Part shown: piece after piece, positions 27,906 through 37,683 of the stretch
Position numbering within the stretch: the first letter of the stretch is position 1
Layout of the letters: the number at the start of each line of letters is the position of its first letter
Origin: Clostridiales bacterium UBA1206
Lineage (GTDB): Bacteria > Bacillota > Clostridia > Oscillospirales > CAG-382
Reading direction: 5' to 3'
DNA length: 60,721 nucleotides
NCBI GenBank assembly: GCA_002310055.1
Contig: DBXS01000011.1
Location: forward strand, 1-60,721
The notes under the pieces: generated by a model
Told to the model about the DNA's origin: nothing
Database searches by the model: none
The model's input: only the letters and a program-made list of their open reading frames with translations
Made by a program: the position numbers and the translations under genes

Positions 27906-28960
27906 CAGAATTCTTCGCCCGCGTCTTCGTCGTCGAACGAAGCGCTGAAGCCGTTGGATTTTGAATAGGCGGCGCGGATCTTCTTTTCGACTTCTTCCGC
28001 AAGTTCGGGGTTTTCTTCGAACATCTTTCTCACGTTGTCCTTGCCCTGAGCCAGGCGCTGACCGTTGTACGAGAACCACGAGCCGGCTTTTTCGAGTATA
28101 CCGAACTGAACGCCCAGGTCGCAGAGTTCGCTCTGTTTGGAAATGCCTTTGCCGTAGATGATATCGAATTCCGCGCTGCGGAAGGGAGGCGCGACTTTGT
28201 TCTTGACGACTTTGCACTTGACGTGGTTGCCCACGGATTCGCTGCCGTCTTTGAGCTGTTCGCCCTTGCGGACGTCTATACGCACGGAAGCGTAGAACTT
28301 GAGCGCTCTGCCGCCGGTGGTGACTTCGGGGTTGCCGTAGACGATGCCCACTTTTTCGCGCAGCTGGTTGATGAAAACGACGATACAGTTGGATTTGGAT
28401 ATTGCGCCGGAAAGTTTGCGCAGCGCCTGCGACATAAGTCTGGCGTGAAGGCCGACGTGCGAAGCGCCCATATCGCCTTCGATCTCGCTTCTGGGAACGA
28501 GCGCGGCGACAGAGTCGATAACGACGATATCCACGGCGCCGGAACGAACGAGGGAATCGCACACTTCAAGCGCGGTCTCGCCGTCGTCGGGCTGCGAAAC
28601 GAGCAGGTCGTTTATGTTCACGCCCAGCGCCTGAGCGTATACGGGGTCGAGCGCGTGCTCGGCGTCGATGAACACGGCGGAGCCGCCGTCTTTCTGCACT
28701 TCGGCTATCATATGCAGCGCGACCGTGGTCTTACCGGAAGACTCCGGCCCGAATATCTCTATTATCCTGCCCTTGGGGACGCCGCCTATGCCGAGCGCCA
28801 GGTCGAGCGAAAGGCTGCCCGTGGAAACGGCTTTGACTTCCATGTTGGCGTTGTCGCCGAGACGCATGACGATGCCTTTGCCTTCCTTTTTTTCGAGCTG
28901 AGCGAGCGCGGTCTCCAGCGCTTTTCTTTTGTTTTCTCTGCTTATATCGTTTTCCGCCAT
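27905..28960 (-). CDS. recA: Recombinase RecA
   Basis: [33 protein letters not shown]. Confidence 0.99.
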   Translation of the reverse strand: MAENDISRENKRKALETALAQLEKKEGKGIVMRLGDNANMEVKAVSTGSLSLDLALGIGGVPKGRIIEIFGPESSGKTTVALHMIAEVQKDGGSAVFIDAEHALDPVYAQALGVNINDLLVSQPDDGETALEVCDSLVRSGAVDIVVIDSVAALVPRSEIEGDMGASHVGLHARLMSQALRKLSGAISKSNCIVVFINQLREKVGIVYGNPEVTTGGRALKFYASVRIDVRKGEQLKDGSESVGNHVKCKVVKNKVAPPFRSAEFDIIYGKGISKQSELCDLGVQFGILEKAGSWFSYNGQRLAQGKDNVRKMFEENPELAEEVEKKIRAAYSKSNGFSASFDDEDAGEEF

Positions 28961-29003
28961 GATTTATACCTTCCTTTATTAAAATTCTTCAAAAATACAT
29001 ACC

Positions 29004-29050
29004 CGAACTAATGTTCACCTTATTCTATCATATCTTTATGTGAATGTCAA
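29004..29050 (-). promoter_or_regulatory. recA promoter with LexA (SOS) box
   Basis: GAAC-taat-GTTC at 29005-29016; TTGACA(29045-29050)-17-TAGAAT(29022-29027). Confidence 0.9.
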
Positions 29051-29127
29051 TGTTTTTCTTCGTCAATTATGCAAAAAAGCAAAACCGCGGCGCGTATCGT
29101 GCGCCGCGGGAAAGAATGCGAAAAGGT

Positions 29128-29673
29128 CTATTCGTACACTTCGGGTCTGAGTATGCCCACGTAGGGAAGATTGCGGTATTTTTCGTCGTAATCCAGCCCG
29201 TAGCCGATGACGAAATAGTTGGGGATGACCTTGCCTATGTAATCGGGCTTTATATCGGTCATATGGCGCTCCGGCTTGTCGAGCAGTGTGCAGATCTTTA
29301 CGCTTTCGGGTCCGCGTTGGATCAGCAGCTCTTTGAGCAGCGAAAGCGTGTTGCCGGAATCGAGTATGTCTTCGATTATGAGGACGTCGTAGCCTTTTAC
29401 CGAACGGCGCAAGTCGAGCTCGATGTTGATCTTGCCGGAGCTCGAAGTGCCGGCGCCGTACGACGAAACGCGCATAAAATCGATATTGCAGTCGAGCGAG
29501 ATATTGCGCATAAGGTCGGACATAAAGAGCACGGAACCTTTGAGGATACCCACGAGCAACAGGTTCTTGCCCGCGTAATCGCGGCTGATTTGTTCGCCGA
29601 GCGAACGCACTGTCGCGGCAAGCTCCTCTTCGGAAATAAGGACCTCCTGAACGTCCGGATGGACAGAAGACAT
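29128..29673 (-). CDS. hpt: Hypoxanthine phosphoribosyltransferase
   Basis: ILKGS, IEDILDSGNTL, GYGLDY. Confidence 0.97.
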   Translation of the reverse strand: MSSVHPDVQEVLISEEELAATVRSLGEQISRDYAGKNLLLVGILKGSVLFMSDLMRNISLDCNIDFMRVSSYGAGTSSSGKINIELDLRRSVKGYDVLIIEDILDSGNTLSLLKELLIQRGPESVKICTLLDKPERHMTDIKPDYIGKVIPNYFVIGYGLDYDEKYRNLPYVGILRPEVYE

Positions 29674-29864
29674 AACGATCACGCCTTTCACGAATTTTTG
29701 TATATTTTACTACATAAAAGTTTATTTGTCAACACACTACTGTCAAAATCGGAGAAATTGATCAAAAAAGCGAAAATGCTATTGAATTTTCGGTAAAAGG
29801 GGTGTATTATAACATTGTTATTATAATGGGACGGAATGAGGGTTCCGTCCGGAAAGGAACAAAT

Positions 29865-30218
29865 ATGGACCTGATCACTCTGCAAGAAGCGTTCACAAAA
29901 TCCGGTTTTGAAAATCTCGCCGAAGACGCGACTTTTACCGATCGTCTGCTTTACGGACTGCGCGTCTGCGCCATCGGTATGCTCATCGTTTTCGCGGTGC
30001 TCCTGATCCTTTGCGGCGTCCTTTATCTGTTCAAGCTCTATTATAAGCTTTCGCAGAAGAAAAAGGCGCAGCCTGTCGTTCAGCCCGCGGCCCCCGCTGC
30101 AAATACGGGCGCGGACGACGAAGAACTTACCGTAGCCATAGCCACCGCGGCGATCGCCGCCGCACGCAACGATTCCGACGCCGCGTTCAGGATCGTTTCG
30201 ATCAAAAAAATCGATTAA
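29865..30218 (+). CDS. Na+-pumping decarboxylase gamma/delta subunit (OadG family)
   Basis: GMLIVFAVLLIL TM helix, Pro/Ala linker, EELTVAIATAAIAA, FRIVSIK. Confidence 0.88.
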   Translation: MDLITLQEAFTKSGFENLAEDATFTDRLLYGLRVCAIGMLIVFAVLLILCGVLYLFKLYYKLSQKKKAQPVVQPAAPAANTGADDEELTVAIATAAIAAARNDSDAAFRIVSIKKID

Positions 30219-30238
30219 ATTATTAAGGAGACATACAA

Positions 30239-30610
30239 ATGAAAAAGTACATCGTGACCGTCAACGGAACCAAATACGAAGTGGCTGTTGAAGAAGCAGA
30301 TCCCAACGCAGTTTACGCTCCCGCTCCCAAAGCCGAAGCTCCCAAAGCAGAAGCCCCCAAGGCCGAAGCTCCCAAAGCCGCTCCTGCGGTATCCGGCGAA
30401 GGCGCCAAAGTCAACGCGCCGCTCCCCGGCAATATCCTTAAAGTCAACTTCGCCGTAGGCGACGCCGTTAAAAAAGGCGACGTCCTCTGCATCCTCGAAG
30501 CTATGAAGATGGAAAACGAAGTCCTTGCCCCTTGCGACGGCACCGTCAAATCCGCCGCCGCCAAAGGCGCCACCGTCAACACCGGCGATCTCATATTCGT
30601 TATAGGCTGA
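30239..30610 (+). CDS. Biotin carboxyl carrier protein
   Basis: EAMKM biotinylation motif; Ala/Pro linker. Confidence 0.95.
   Translation: MKKYIVTVNGTKYEVAVEEADPNAVYAPAPKAEAPKAEAPKAEAPKAAPAVSGEGAKVNAPLPGNILKVNFAVGDAVKKGDVLCILEAMKMENEVLAPCDGTVKSAAAKGATVNTGDLIFVIG
30326..30379 (+). repeat. 15-bp tandem repeat (PKAEA x3.6) in the BCCP linker
   Basis: cccaaagccgaagct / cccaaagcagaagcc / cccaaggccgaagct / cccaaagcc. Confidence 0.85.
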
Positions 30611-30651
30611 CACGGCGTTCTATTCTATAATAACTGAAAAGGGGTATAGTT

Positions 30652-31824
30652 TTGGAAATAATCAACTCTTTCAAACTCATATTTGAAAGATCCGGTTTCG
30701 CAGCTATCGACTGGAAGACCGTCGTGATGTACGTCATCGTCGGCATCCTCTTCTATCTGGCAATCGTCAAAAAGTTCGAACCGCTTCTTCTCGTGCCGAT
30801 CGCTTTCGGCATGCTGCTTGCGAATCTTCCGCTCGCCGGACTTTATCATACCGAGATCTTCATCAACGACGCCGGCGCCATCGACTGGGGCGCGCTCGCC
30901 CATGACGGAGGACTTATCGACTTCCTCTATCTCGGCGTCAAGCTCGGCATCTATCCGCCGCTCATATTCTTAGGCGTAGGCGCCATGACCGATTTCTCCC
31001 CGCTTATAGCCAATCCCAAATCCATCCTGCTCGGCGCCGCCGCGCAGCTCGGCGTTTTCGTGGCCTTTATAGGCGCGCTGCTTTTGGGCTTCTCGGTCGT
31101 TTCCGCCGCTTGTATCGGTATCATCGGCGGCGCGGACGGTCCTACCGCCATCTACGTCACCAAGACGCTCGATCCTTCGCTGCTGCCCGCCATCGCCATC
31201 GCGGCTTATTCGTATATGGCGCTCGTGCCGTTCATACAGCCGCCCATAATGAAGGCGTTCACCAGCAAAAAATCCAGAAAAGTCGTTATGGATCAGCTCC
31301 GTCCCGTTTCCAAGGTGGAACAGGTCATTTTCCCGATCGTCGTCGCTCTCATCACCAGCCTTATACTCCCCGACGCGGCTCCGCTCGTTGGTATGCTTAT
31401 GCTGGGTAACCTTTTCAAAGTCTGCGGCGTCACCGAACGTCTTTCCAAGACCGCTCAGAACGAGCTCATCAATATCGTCACCATATTGCTCGGCGTTTCC
31501 GTGGGAGCCACCTGCAACGCCGAAAACTTCCTTAAACCTCAGACTCTTTACATAATCGCGCTCGGTCTTGCCGCTTTCGCGTTTGCCACCTTCGGCGGCG
31601 TGATGTTCGGCAACATCATGTACTGGGTAACGGGCGGCAAAGTCAATCCGCTCATCGGTTCTGCAGGCGTTTCCGCCGTTCCCATGGCCGCTCGCGTCTC
31701 GCAGGTCGTAGGTCAGAAAGAAAACCCCTCCAACTTCCTGCTTATGCACGCTATGGGCCCCAACGTCGCGGGCGTTATCGGTTCAGCCGTCGCCGCGGGC
31801 GTCTTCCTGGCGCTGTTCCAGTAA
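30652..31824 (+). CDS. oadB: Na+-translocating decarboxylase beta subunit
   Basis: FEPLLLVPI, GIIGGADGPT, GVSAVPMAARV, HAMGPNVAG. Confidence 0.95.
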   Translation: MEIINSFKLIFERSGFAAIDWKTVVMYVIVGILFYLAIVKKFEPLLLVPIAFGMLLANLPLAGLYHTEIFINDAGAIDWGALAHDGGLIDFLYLGVKLGIYPPLIFLGVGAMTDFSPLIANPKSILLGAAAQLGVFVAFIGALLLGFSVVSAACIGIIGGADGPTAIYVTKTLDPSLLPAIAIAAYSYMALVPFIQPPIMKAFTSKKSRKVVMDQLRPVSKVEQVIFPIVVALITSLILPDAAPLVGMLMLGNLFKVCGVTERLSKTAQNELINIVTILLGVSVGATCNAENFLKPQTLYIIALGLAAFAFATFGGVMFGNIMYWVTGGKVNPLIGSAGVSAVPMAARVSQVVGQKENPSNFLLMHAMGPNVAGVIGSAVAAGVFLALFQ

Positions 31825-31850
31825 ACGTTTGAAAGGAGCAATTATACGAT

Positions 31851-33245
31851 ATGGCAAAAGTCAAAATAACAGAAACAGTATTGCGTGACTCCCATCAGTC
31901 GCTCATCGCGACGAGAATGACCACTGAGGAAATGCTTCCCATACTCAAGACTCTCGACGGGATCGGCTATCATTCGCTCGAGGCATGGGGCGGCGCCACT
32001 TTCGACGCGTGCCTGCGCTTCCTTAACGAAGATCCCTGGAAACGCCTTCGCGTTATAAGAGAAAACGTCAAGAACACCAAGCTCCAGATGCTGTTCCGCG
32101 GTCAGAACATTCTCGGCTACCGTCATTATGCCGACGACGTGGTCGAATATTTCGTTCAGAAATCCATCGCCAACGGTATAGATATCATCCGTATATTCGA
32201 CGCGCTCAACGATCCGCGCAACCTCAAGACCGCTATCAACGCCACCAAAAAAGAAGGCGGCCACGTTCAGGCGGCGATGTCATACACCACGGGTCCCGTG
32301 TTCGGCAACGAATATTTTGCAAATTACGCAAAGCAGCTCGAAGAAATGGGCGCCGATTCCATTTGTATAAAAGATATGGCGGGCCTTTTGAAGCCGTACG
32401 ACGCGTACGATCTTGTCAAAGCGATCAAATCCAAGGTCAAGATCCCCGTACAGCTCCACACCCATTATACCGCGGGCCTCGCTTCGATGACTATCCTCAA
32501 AGCGTGCGAAGCCGGCGTCGACATCGTCGATACCGCTATTTCGCCCATGGCGCTCGGCACTTCTCAGCCTCCTACGGAACCTATCGTGGCGACTCTGCAG
32601 GGAACTCCGTTCGATACCGGGCTCGACCTCAACAAGCTCGACGAAGTCACCAAGTATTTCGATACTCTGCGTGAAAAATATCTCAAATCCGGCCAGCTCG
32701 ATCCCAAGGTGATGAAAGTCAACATCAACGCCCTCATCTATCAGGTGCCCGGCGGAATGCTTTCCAACCTCGTGTCCCAGCTCAAACAGGCGGGCAAGAT
32801 CGATCAGCTCCAGGCGGTGCTCGAAGAAGTGCCCCGCGTCAGAGCCGACGTCGGTTATCCTCCTCTCGTCACTCCTTCTTCGCAGATCGTAGGCACCCAG
32901 GCGGTGTTCAACGTACTCACCGGCGAAAGATACAAGAGCTGCACCAAGGAATTCAAAGGCATAGTCCGCGGCGACTACGGCAAGACTCCTTCGCCCATCT
33001 CGCCCGAATTCACCAAAAAGATCATCGGCGACGAAAAAGTCAAAGACTACCGTCCCGCCGACGACCTCGCTCCCGAGCTCGATAAACTCCGCGCCGAGAT
33101 CGCCGAGTATATCGAACAGGACGAAGACGTGCTCACTTACGCGCTGTTCGATCAGGTGGCGCTCAAGTTCTTCGAAAACCGCAAGATAAAGAACATCACC
33201 AACGACGACGCTAAGTATTACGTCAATATCCACGAAATAAAATAA
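31851..33245 (+). CDS. oadA: Oxaloacetate decarboxylase alpha / pyruvate carboxylase B carboxyltransferase
   Basis: LRDSHQSLIATR, WGGATFD, IKDMAG, HTH, LVTPSSQIVG; no fused biotin domain. Confidence 0.92.
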   Translation: MAKVKITETVLRDSHQSLIATRMTTEEMLPILKTLDGIGYHSLEAWGGATFDACLRFLNEDPWKRLRVIRENVKNTKLQMLFRGQNILGYRHYADDVVEYFVQKSIANGIDIIRIFDALNDPRNLKTAINATKKEGGHVQAAMSYTTGPVFGNEYFANYAKQLEEMGADSICIKDMAGLLKPYDAYDLVKAIKSKVKIPVQLHTHYTAGLASMTILKACEAGVDIVDTAISPMALGTSQPPTEPIVATLQGTPFDTGLDLNKLDEVTKYFDTLREKYLKSGQLDPKVMKVNINALIYQVPGGMLSNLVSQLKQAGKIDQLQAVLEEVPRVRADVGYPPLVTPSSQIVGTQAVFNVLTGERYKSCTKEFKGIVRGDYGKTPSPISPEFTKKIIGDEKVKDYRPADDLAPELDKLRAEIAEYIEQDEDVLTYALFDQVALKFFENRKIKNITNDDAKYYVNIHEIK

Positions 33246-33254
33246 AGAATCAAA

Positions 33255-33330
33255 AAACGGGGTGCCGCGAAAGCGCGGCTGAGATCATACCCGACGAACC
33301 TGTTCGGATAATGCCGGCGTAGGGAGAATA
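33255..33330 (+). ncRNA. TPP riboswitch
   Basis: GGGGTGC...CTGAGA...ATACCC...GAACCTG...GATAATGCCGGCGTAGGGA upstream of thiT. Confidence 0.95.
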
Positions 33331-33340
33331 AGCTTTTTTG

Positions 33341-33371
33341 CCGCCTATCCGTTACGGGTAGGCGGTTTTTT
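33341..33371 (+). terminator. Riboswitch-controlled terminator
   Basis: CCGCCTATCCG-tta-CGGGTAGGCGG followed by T6. Confidence 0.85.
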
Positions 33372-33389
33372 GCCTGAAAGGAAGCCAAA

Positions 33390-33995
33390 ATGAAAAACGA
33401 GAATCGTAAACATCTGTATACGCTCACGGAATGCGCGGTGCTTATCGCTCTTGCAGCGGCGCTTTCCCTTATAAAACTGTGGAAAATGCCGCTCGGCGGC
33501 TCGGTGACGCCGTTGTCTATGCTGCCTATATGTCTGCTTTCCGTGATGTTCGGCGTCAAGTGGGGGCTCGGCAGCGCGTTCGTTTACGCCACGATCCAGC
33601 TCATGTTCGATCTGCCCGAAGCAATGGGATGGGGACTCACGCCCACGGTATGGGTGGGTATGATAGTGTTCGACTATCTGATCGCTTTTACCGTTCTGGG
33701 CCTTGCCGGCCTCTTCCGCCGCAAAAAAGAACTCGGCGCCCTTCTCGGGACCTGCCTTGCGCTGTTTTTGCGTTTCGTCTCGCACGTCATTTCGGGCACG
33801 TTGTTTTTCGACGCGTGGATGCCCGAGGAATGGTCGAGCCCGTTCCTGTATTCGGTGAGCTATAACGGCCTGTTTATGCTGCCCGAACTGATTATGACCG
33901 GCGTCGCGTTGTTCTGTCTGCTCAAGATCTCCGCGATCAAGAACCTGGTGTTCGAACAGAACGGGCTCCCGTTCACCAAGGCGGAAAAATCATGA
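33390..33995 (+). CDS. thiT: ECF thiamine transporter S component
   Basis: MPLGGSVT, FDYLIAF, LRFVSHVISG, YSVSYNG; under a TPP riboswitch. Confidence 0.93.
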   Translation: MKNENRKHLYTLTECAVLIALAAALSLIKLWKMPLGGSVTPLSMLPICLLSVMFGVKWGLGSAFVYATIQLMFDLPEAMGWGLTPTVWVGMIVFDYLIAFTVLGLAGLFRRKKELGALLGTCLALFLRFVSHVISGTLFFDAWMPEEWSSPFLYSVSYNGLFMLPELIMTGVALFCLLKISAIKNLVFEQNGLPFTKAEKS

Positions 33996-34636
33996 GCCCG
34001 ATGTGTCATATCGTCTGCGCCGGGGATTTTGACAAAGGCCGCTTTCTGCCGCAAAACGGCGATCTTGTCATCGCCTGTGACGCCGGGCTTTCGCATCTCG
34101 AAAAAATCGGTTTAGTTCCCGATCTTACCGTGGGGGATTTTGATTCCTACGGCAAAACGCCCGATGCTGAAAACGTCGTTCGCCTTCCCAGACGCAAGGA
34201 CGACACCGACAGCGCGTACGCGCTCAAGCTCGGGCTTGCAAAAGGGTATACGCGTTTTGTCCTGCACGGTTCTTTGGGCGGCGCGAGGATCTCGCATTCA
34301 TTGGCGAATATCTCGCTCCTTATGTACCTGCGCGAGCACGGCGCCGAAGGGATACTGTGCGGCAAAAACACCTGCGCCGCACTGCTCGAAAACGGAAGCG
34401 TCGTCTTTTCGGCAAGCGACCGCGGGTTCCTTTCGGTGTTTGCCGTTTCCGACGAATGCGAAGTGGAGCTTGAAAACCTTAAGTTCCCGTTTTCCGGCGT
34501 AATAAAGCCGTCTTTCCCGCTCGGGGTGAGCAACGAATTCACAGGCGAAACTGCGCGCATAGAAGCCAGACGCGGAACGCTACTTTGGGTGTACGAAGGC
34601 GAAATCGGCGATCCCGCGCGGTTTTTCGGCGCTTGA
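33992..34636 (+). CDS. thiN: Thiamine diphosphokinase
   Basis: ACDAG, GDFDS, KDDTD, GVSNE. Confidence 0.93.
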   Translation: MSPMCHIVCAGDFDKGRFLPQNGDLVIACDAGLSHLEKIGLVPDLTVGDFDSYGKTPDAENVVRLPRRKDDTDSAYALKLGLAKGYTRFVLHGSLGGARISHSLANISLLMYLREHGAEGILCGKNTCAALLENGSVVFSASDRGFLSVFAVSDECEVELENLKFPFSGVIKPSFPLGVSNEFTGETARIEARRGTLLWVYEGEIGDPARFFGA

Positions 34637-34758
34637 ACGGTACGGCCGATCGGACGTTTCTGGCGGCAAAACGGCAAAGATGTCGTTCCGTGCGGGAAAA
34701 TCGGCTTGACATTCCGGCAAAAATATGATAATATCCTCCTGTAAGGGAGGATATTTTT

Positions 34759-35394
34759 ATGGATAATGAGACCAAGAACGCAAAAAGCGAATTCGACGCC
34801 ATATACGAGCGCGAAGACGCCCGCTATAAAGTGACGCTGTTAGAAAAACACCTTATGGAATCGCGCGAGGAATTCAACCGGCTCAAGGAAGAAGAACTCG
34901 CTTTGCGCCAGAAACAGCTGGAGATCGTCCGCCAGATGGAAGACAGCCTTGAACAGACGCGCAAGATCGACCAGGCGCTTTCCGACAGCATAGACGAAAA
35001 GATAGAACGCATAAAGACCGATATGTTCGGCGAATGGCAGGAATCGTTGAAAGAATCCGTCCTGAGCACGGTTTCCGAACTGACCGAAAACAAGCTCAAG
35101 GAATATGACGAGCTTTACCGTCTGCAGAACGAGACTATCGAAAAACAGGCGAAAAAGTTCAGAGCCATCAACACCTCGACGCGCGTTATCCGCATACTCG
35201 CGTATACGGTCTGCTTCGTCGCGTTTTTAACGCTGGTGTTCCTGCCCGCGGCGCTGTATCTCGTCGACGATATCAAAGAATTCCTCAAAGAACCGTCCGT
35301 TTGGGGCGGAGTGGTACTGTTCGCCGCCGTCGTGCTTATGATACTTGCGCTCGCGCTCGCTATTCTGCTCAGAAGGAAGACGCCTAAAGAATGA
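34759..35394 (+). CDS. Coiled-coil protein with two C-terminal TM helices
   Basis: Charged helical N-terminus, two hydrophobic segments; TTGACA promoter and GGAGG RBS. Confidence 0.8.
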   Translation: MDNETKNAKSEFDAIYEREDARYKVTLLEKHLMESREEFNRLKEEELALRQKQLEIVRQMEDSLEQTRKIDQALSDSIDEKIERIKTDMFGEWQESLKESVLSTVSELTENKLKEYDELYRLQNETIEKQAKKFRAINTSTRVIRILAYTVCFVAFLTLVFLPAALYLVDDIKEFLKEPSVWGGVVLFAAVVLMILALALAILLRRKTPKE

Positions 35395-35993
35395 AACGTT
35401 ATACAGTCATAACCGCAGAAAAACCCGATTGGGATACCGTTCCCAAAGCGTATATAGACGAATATCCCTGGGGCGGGGATTACAGGCCCGTCGCATACGC
35501 GCAGCTCGCTTTCGTTCCCGGCAAGGGGTTCGCCGTGCGGCTCACGTGCTTTGAATCCGACCCAAAGGCGTTGTATCACAACTATAACGATCCGGTTTAC
35601 AAAGACAGCGCGCTGGAATTCTTTGCGGCGTTCAACAACGAGTCGCCGTATTATGTAAACCTCGAGACCAATTCCAACGGCGCGTTCCTCGCCGCAAAAC
35701 GCACATGCCGCAAGGATAAAGTCCCACTCGATCAGATCATCGACGTCAGCCGCATCAAAGTCAAAGGCGTCAGGGAAGCCGACCGCTGGTACGTCGAATA
35801 TATCTATCCGCTGGACGTCATACGCGACGTTTTCGGCGTGAGCGATTTTCCTTCGGGCTATACCTTCAGGGGCAATTTCTTCAAGTGCGGGGACGAAACC
35901 GACGTTCCGCACTACGGTTCCTATAATCCCATAACCGCTCCTGCGCCGGATTTTCACCGTCCGGAATGCTTTGCCGAATTCGTAATGGAATAA
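35391..35993 (+). CDS. CBM9-like (DOMON) carbohydrate-binding family protein
   Basis: VYKDSALEFF, YVNLETN, GNFFKCGD, PDFHRPE. Confidence 0.85.
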   Translation: MKRYTVITAEKPDWDTVPKAYIDEYPWGGDYRPVAYAQLAFVPGKGFAVRLTCFESDPKALYHNYNDPVYKDSALEFFAAFNNESPYYVNLETNSNGAFLAAKRTCRKDKVPLDQIIDVSRIKVKGVREADRWYVEYIYPLDVIRDVFGVSDFPSGYTFRGNFFKCGDETDVPHYGSYNPITAPAPDFHRPECFAEFVME

Positions 35994-36072
35994 TCGGCGC
36001 CGATTTTTGCAATTAAACTATTGACTTTTCAAAATCGTTATGATATAATTACGTCGCTTTAAAGAGCGGCTT

Positions 36073-36164
36073 GGAAAGATGGCTGAGCTGGTCTAAGGCG
36101 CACGACTGGAAATCGTGTTTGGGCTAATACCCCAACCAGGGTTCGAATCCCTGTCTTTCCGCCA
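36073..36164 (+). tRNA. tRNA-Ser(GGA)
   Basis: GGAAAGA/TCTTTCC acceptor stem, CACGA-ctGGAaa-TCGTG, long variable arm, GCCA end. Confidence 0.97.
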
Positions 36165-36170
36165 TACAGA

Positions 36171-36207
36171 GAACCTCTTTTGTCTTCCATTGCAAAAGAG
36201 GTTTTTT
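36171..36207 (+). terminator. Terminator after tRNA-Ser
   Basis: AACCTCTTTTG...CAAAAGAGGTT followed by T-run. Confidence 0.75.
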
Positions 36208-36242
36208 GTATATCGATCACGCCGTTTTTCCGGAGGATACCA

Positions 36243-36785
36243 ATGAGTAAAACAGAGGATAGTTCCAAACTGAAGCAAGAATACATAGACCGCGACAAAG
36301 CGGAACGCAACTGCGCGTTCTGCGTGGGGAACAAGTGGTTCAGATACCGTGCCGCCGCCATAATCGTGGAAGGCGGATACGTTTTGTTCGCCGGTAACGA
36401 AAAGGCGGATTATTTGTATTCCATAGGCGGCGCGGTCCATGCGGGCGAAACGGCGGAAGCCGCCGTAAAAAGAGAAGTGTTCGAAGAGACCGGCGTGGAA
36501 TACGAGGTCGACCGTCTCGCCGTGATCCACGAGAATTTCTTTTACGACAGTTTCGGCTTGAACGAAAAGCTGGATTGCCACGAAGTAGCGTTTTATTATA
36601 TTATGAAACCCAGAGGGAACAGGGAACTGAAAAGCGATAGTTATACTATGGGCATCAGGGAGTCCATGCACTGGATACCGCTTGAAAAGCTCGGCGAATA
36701 CAAGGCGTTCCCGTCGTTTATAAGTGAATATCTGCAAACGGAACACCGCGGTATCGAGCATATCGTCACGTGTGAAAAGACGTAA
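36243..36785 (+). CDS. NUDIX hydrolase
   Basis: GGAVHAGETAEAAVKREVFEETG Nudix box; GGAGG RBS. Confidence 0.92.
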   Translation: MSKTEDSSKLKQEYIDRDKAERNCAFCVGNKWFRYRAAAIIVEGGYVLFAGNEKADYLYSIGGAVHAGETAEAAVKREVFEETGVEYEVDRLAVIHENFFYDSFGLNEKLDCHEVAFYYIMKPRGNRELKSDSYTMGIRESMHWIPLEKLGEYKAFPSFISEYLQTEHRGIEHIVTCEKT

Positions 36786-36857
36786 ACGCAAGTCATCAAG
36801 AGGTTATTTGCATATTTATCGTCTTATTCTTCGCGTTTCAAAAGAGGGTGTTGTTTT

Positions 36858-37112
36858 ATGAATGATTGGAGACTTATGGGGCAGGAAGAATACTTGTCGG
36901 GGAAAACGCTGTACCGGATCAAATTCATTAAGCTGTCCGACGAATGGGATCACGAGCATTGCGCGTTCTGCTGGGCAAAGTTTTCAGAACGCGAAGGAGA
37001 TCTGCACGAAGGTTACTGTACCGAACCGGAAAACAGCAAAAAGGCGTTCTGGATATGTCCGGAATGCTGTGAAGATTTCAAAGAAGCGTTCAAGTGGAAG
37101 TTCGGTTCGTGA
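36858..37112 (+). CDS. Small conserved Cys-rich hypothetical protein
   Basis: DHEHCAFC and WICPEC; GAGGG RBS. Confidence 0.8.
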   Translation: MNDWRLMGQEEYLSGKTLYRIKFIKLSDEWDHEHCAFCWAKFSEREGDLHEGYCTEPENSKKAFWICPECCEDFKEAFKWKFGS

Positions 37113-37146
37113 TTTTTATGAGTACGGCGAAAAAACGAGTTCGGTA

Positions 37147-37662
37147 ATGAAAAAAGTGATCGTGATCGGCTGCCCCGGCAGCGGAAAAAGCGTGTTTTCG
37201 CGTGAGCTGCACGAAATAACCGGGCTGCCGCTTTATCCGCTGGACATGATAAGATGGCGACCGGACAAAACGTTTATCCCGCGCGAGCAGCTGATAGAAC
37301 GGCTTATGGAGATATTCGCTGAGGATGAGTGGATAATCGACGGCAATTACGGCTCCACCATGGAACTGCGTATGACTTATTGCGACACAATATTTTTTCT
37401 CGATTATCCTACCGAATTGTGTTATGAAAGTATAATGAAACGTCGCGGCACGGTCCGTCCGGATTTGCCGTGGGTAGAATCGCACGACGATATCGACGAA
37501 GATTTTGTAAACACGGTGCTGAATTACAACAAAATAAACCGCCCCGCGGTTCTGGAGCGGCTGGAAAGGTTTTCAGATCGTGAGATCCATATCTTCAAAA
37601 ACAGGGAAGAAGCGACTGCTTTTCTTGAATCGTTAAAACGGGCGCCGGCAGTCAGGCAATAA
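37147..37662 (+). CDS. Adenylate-kinase-like P-loop protein (FlaR/topology modulation family)
   Basis: VIGCPGSGKS, WIIDGNY, IFFLDYP. Confidence 0.88.
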   Translation: MKKVIVIGCPGSGKSVFSRELHEITGLPLYPLDMIRWRPDKTFIPREQLIERLMEIFAEDEWIIDGNYGSTMELRMTYCDTIFFLDYPTELCYESIMKRRGTVRPDLPWVESHDDIDEDFVNTVLNYNKINRPAVLERLERFSDREIHIFKNREEATAFLESLKRAPAVRQ

Positions 37663-37683
37663 TCTTATACAGGAGAAAAAGTT

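Noticed and set aside
27300-28562. 420-aa RecX and 538-aa RimO as listed in the ORF track
   Set aside because: The extensions overlap recA and recX in other frames; recognisable homology starts at 27905 and 27297
30326-30379. 15-bp tandem repeat as a contingency locus
   Set aside because: In-frame, degenerate at third positions; an ordinary Ala/Pro linker of biotin carrier proteins
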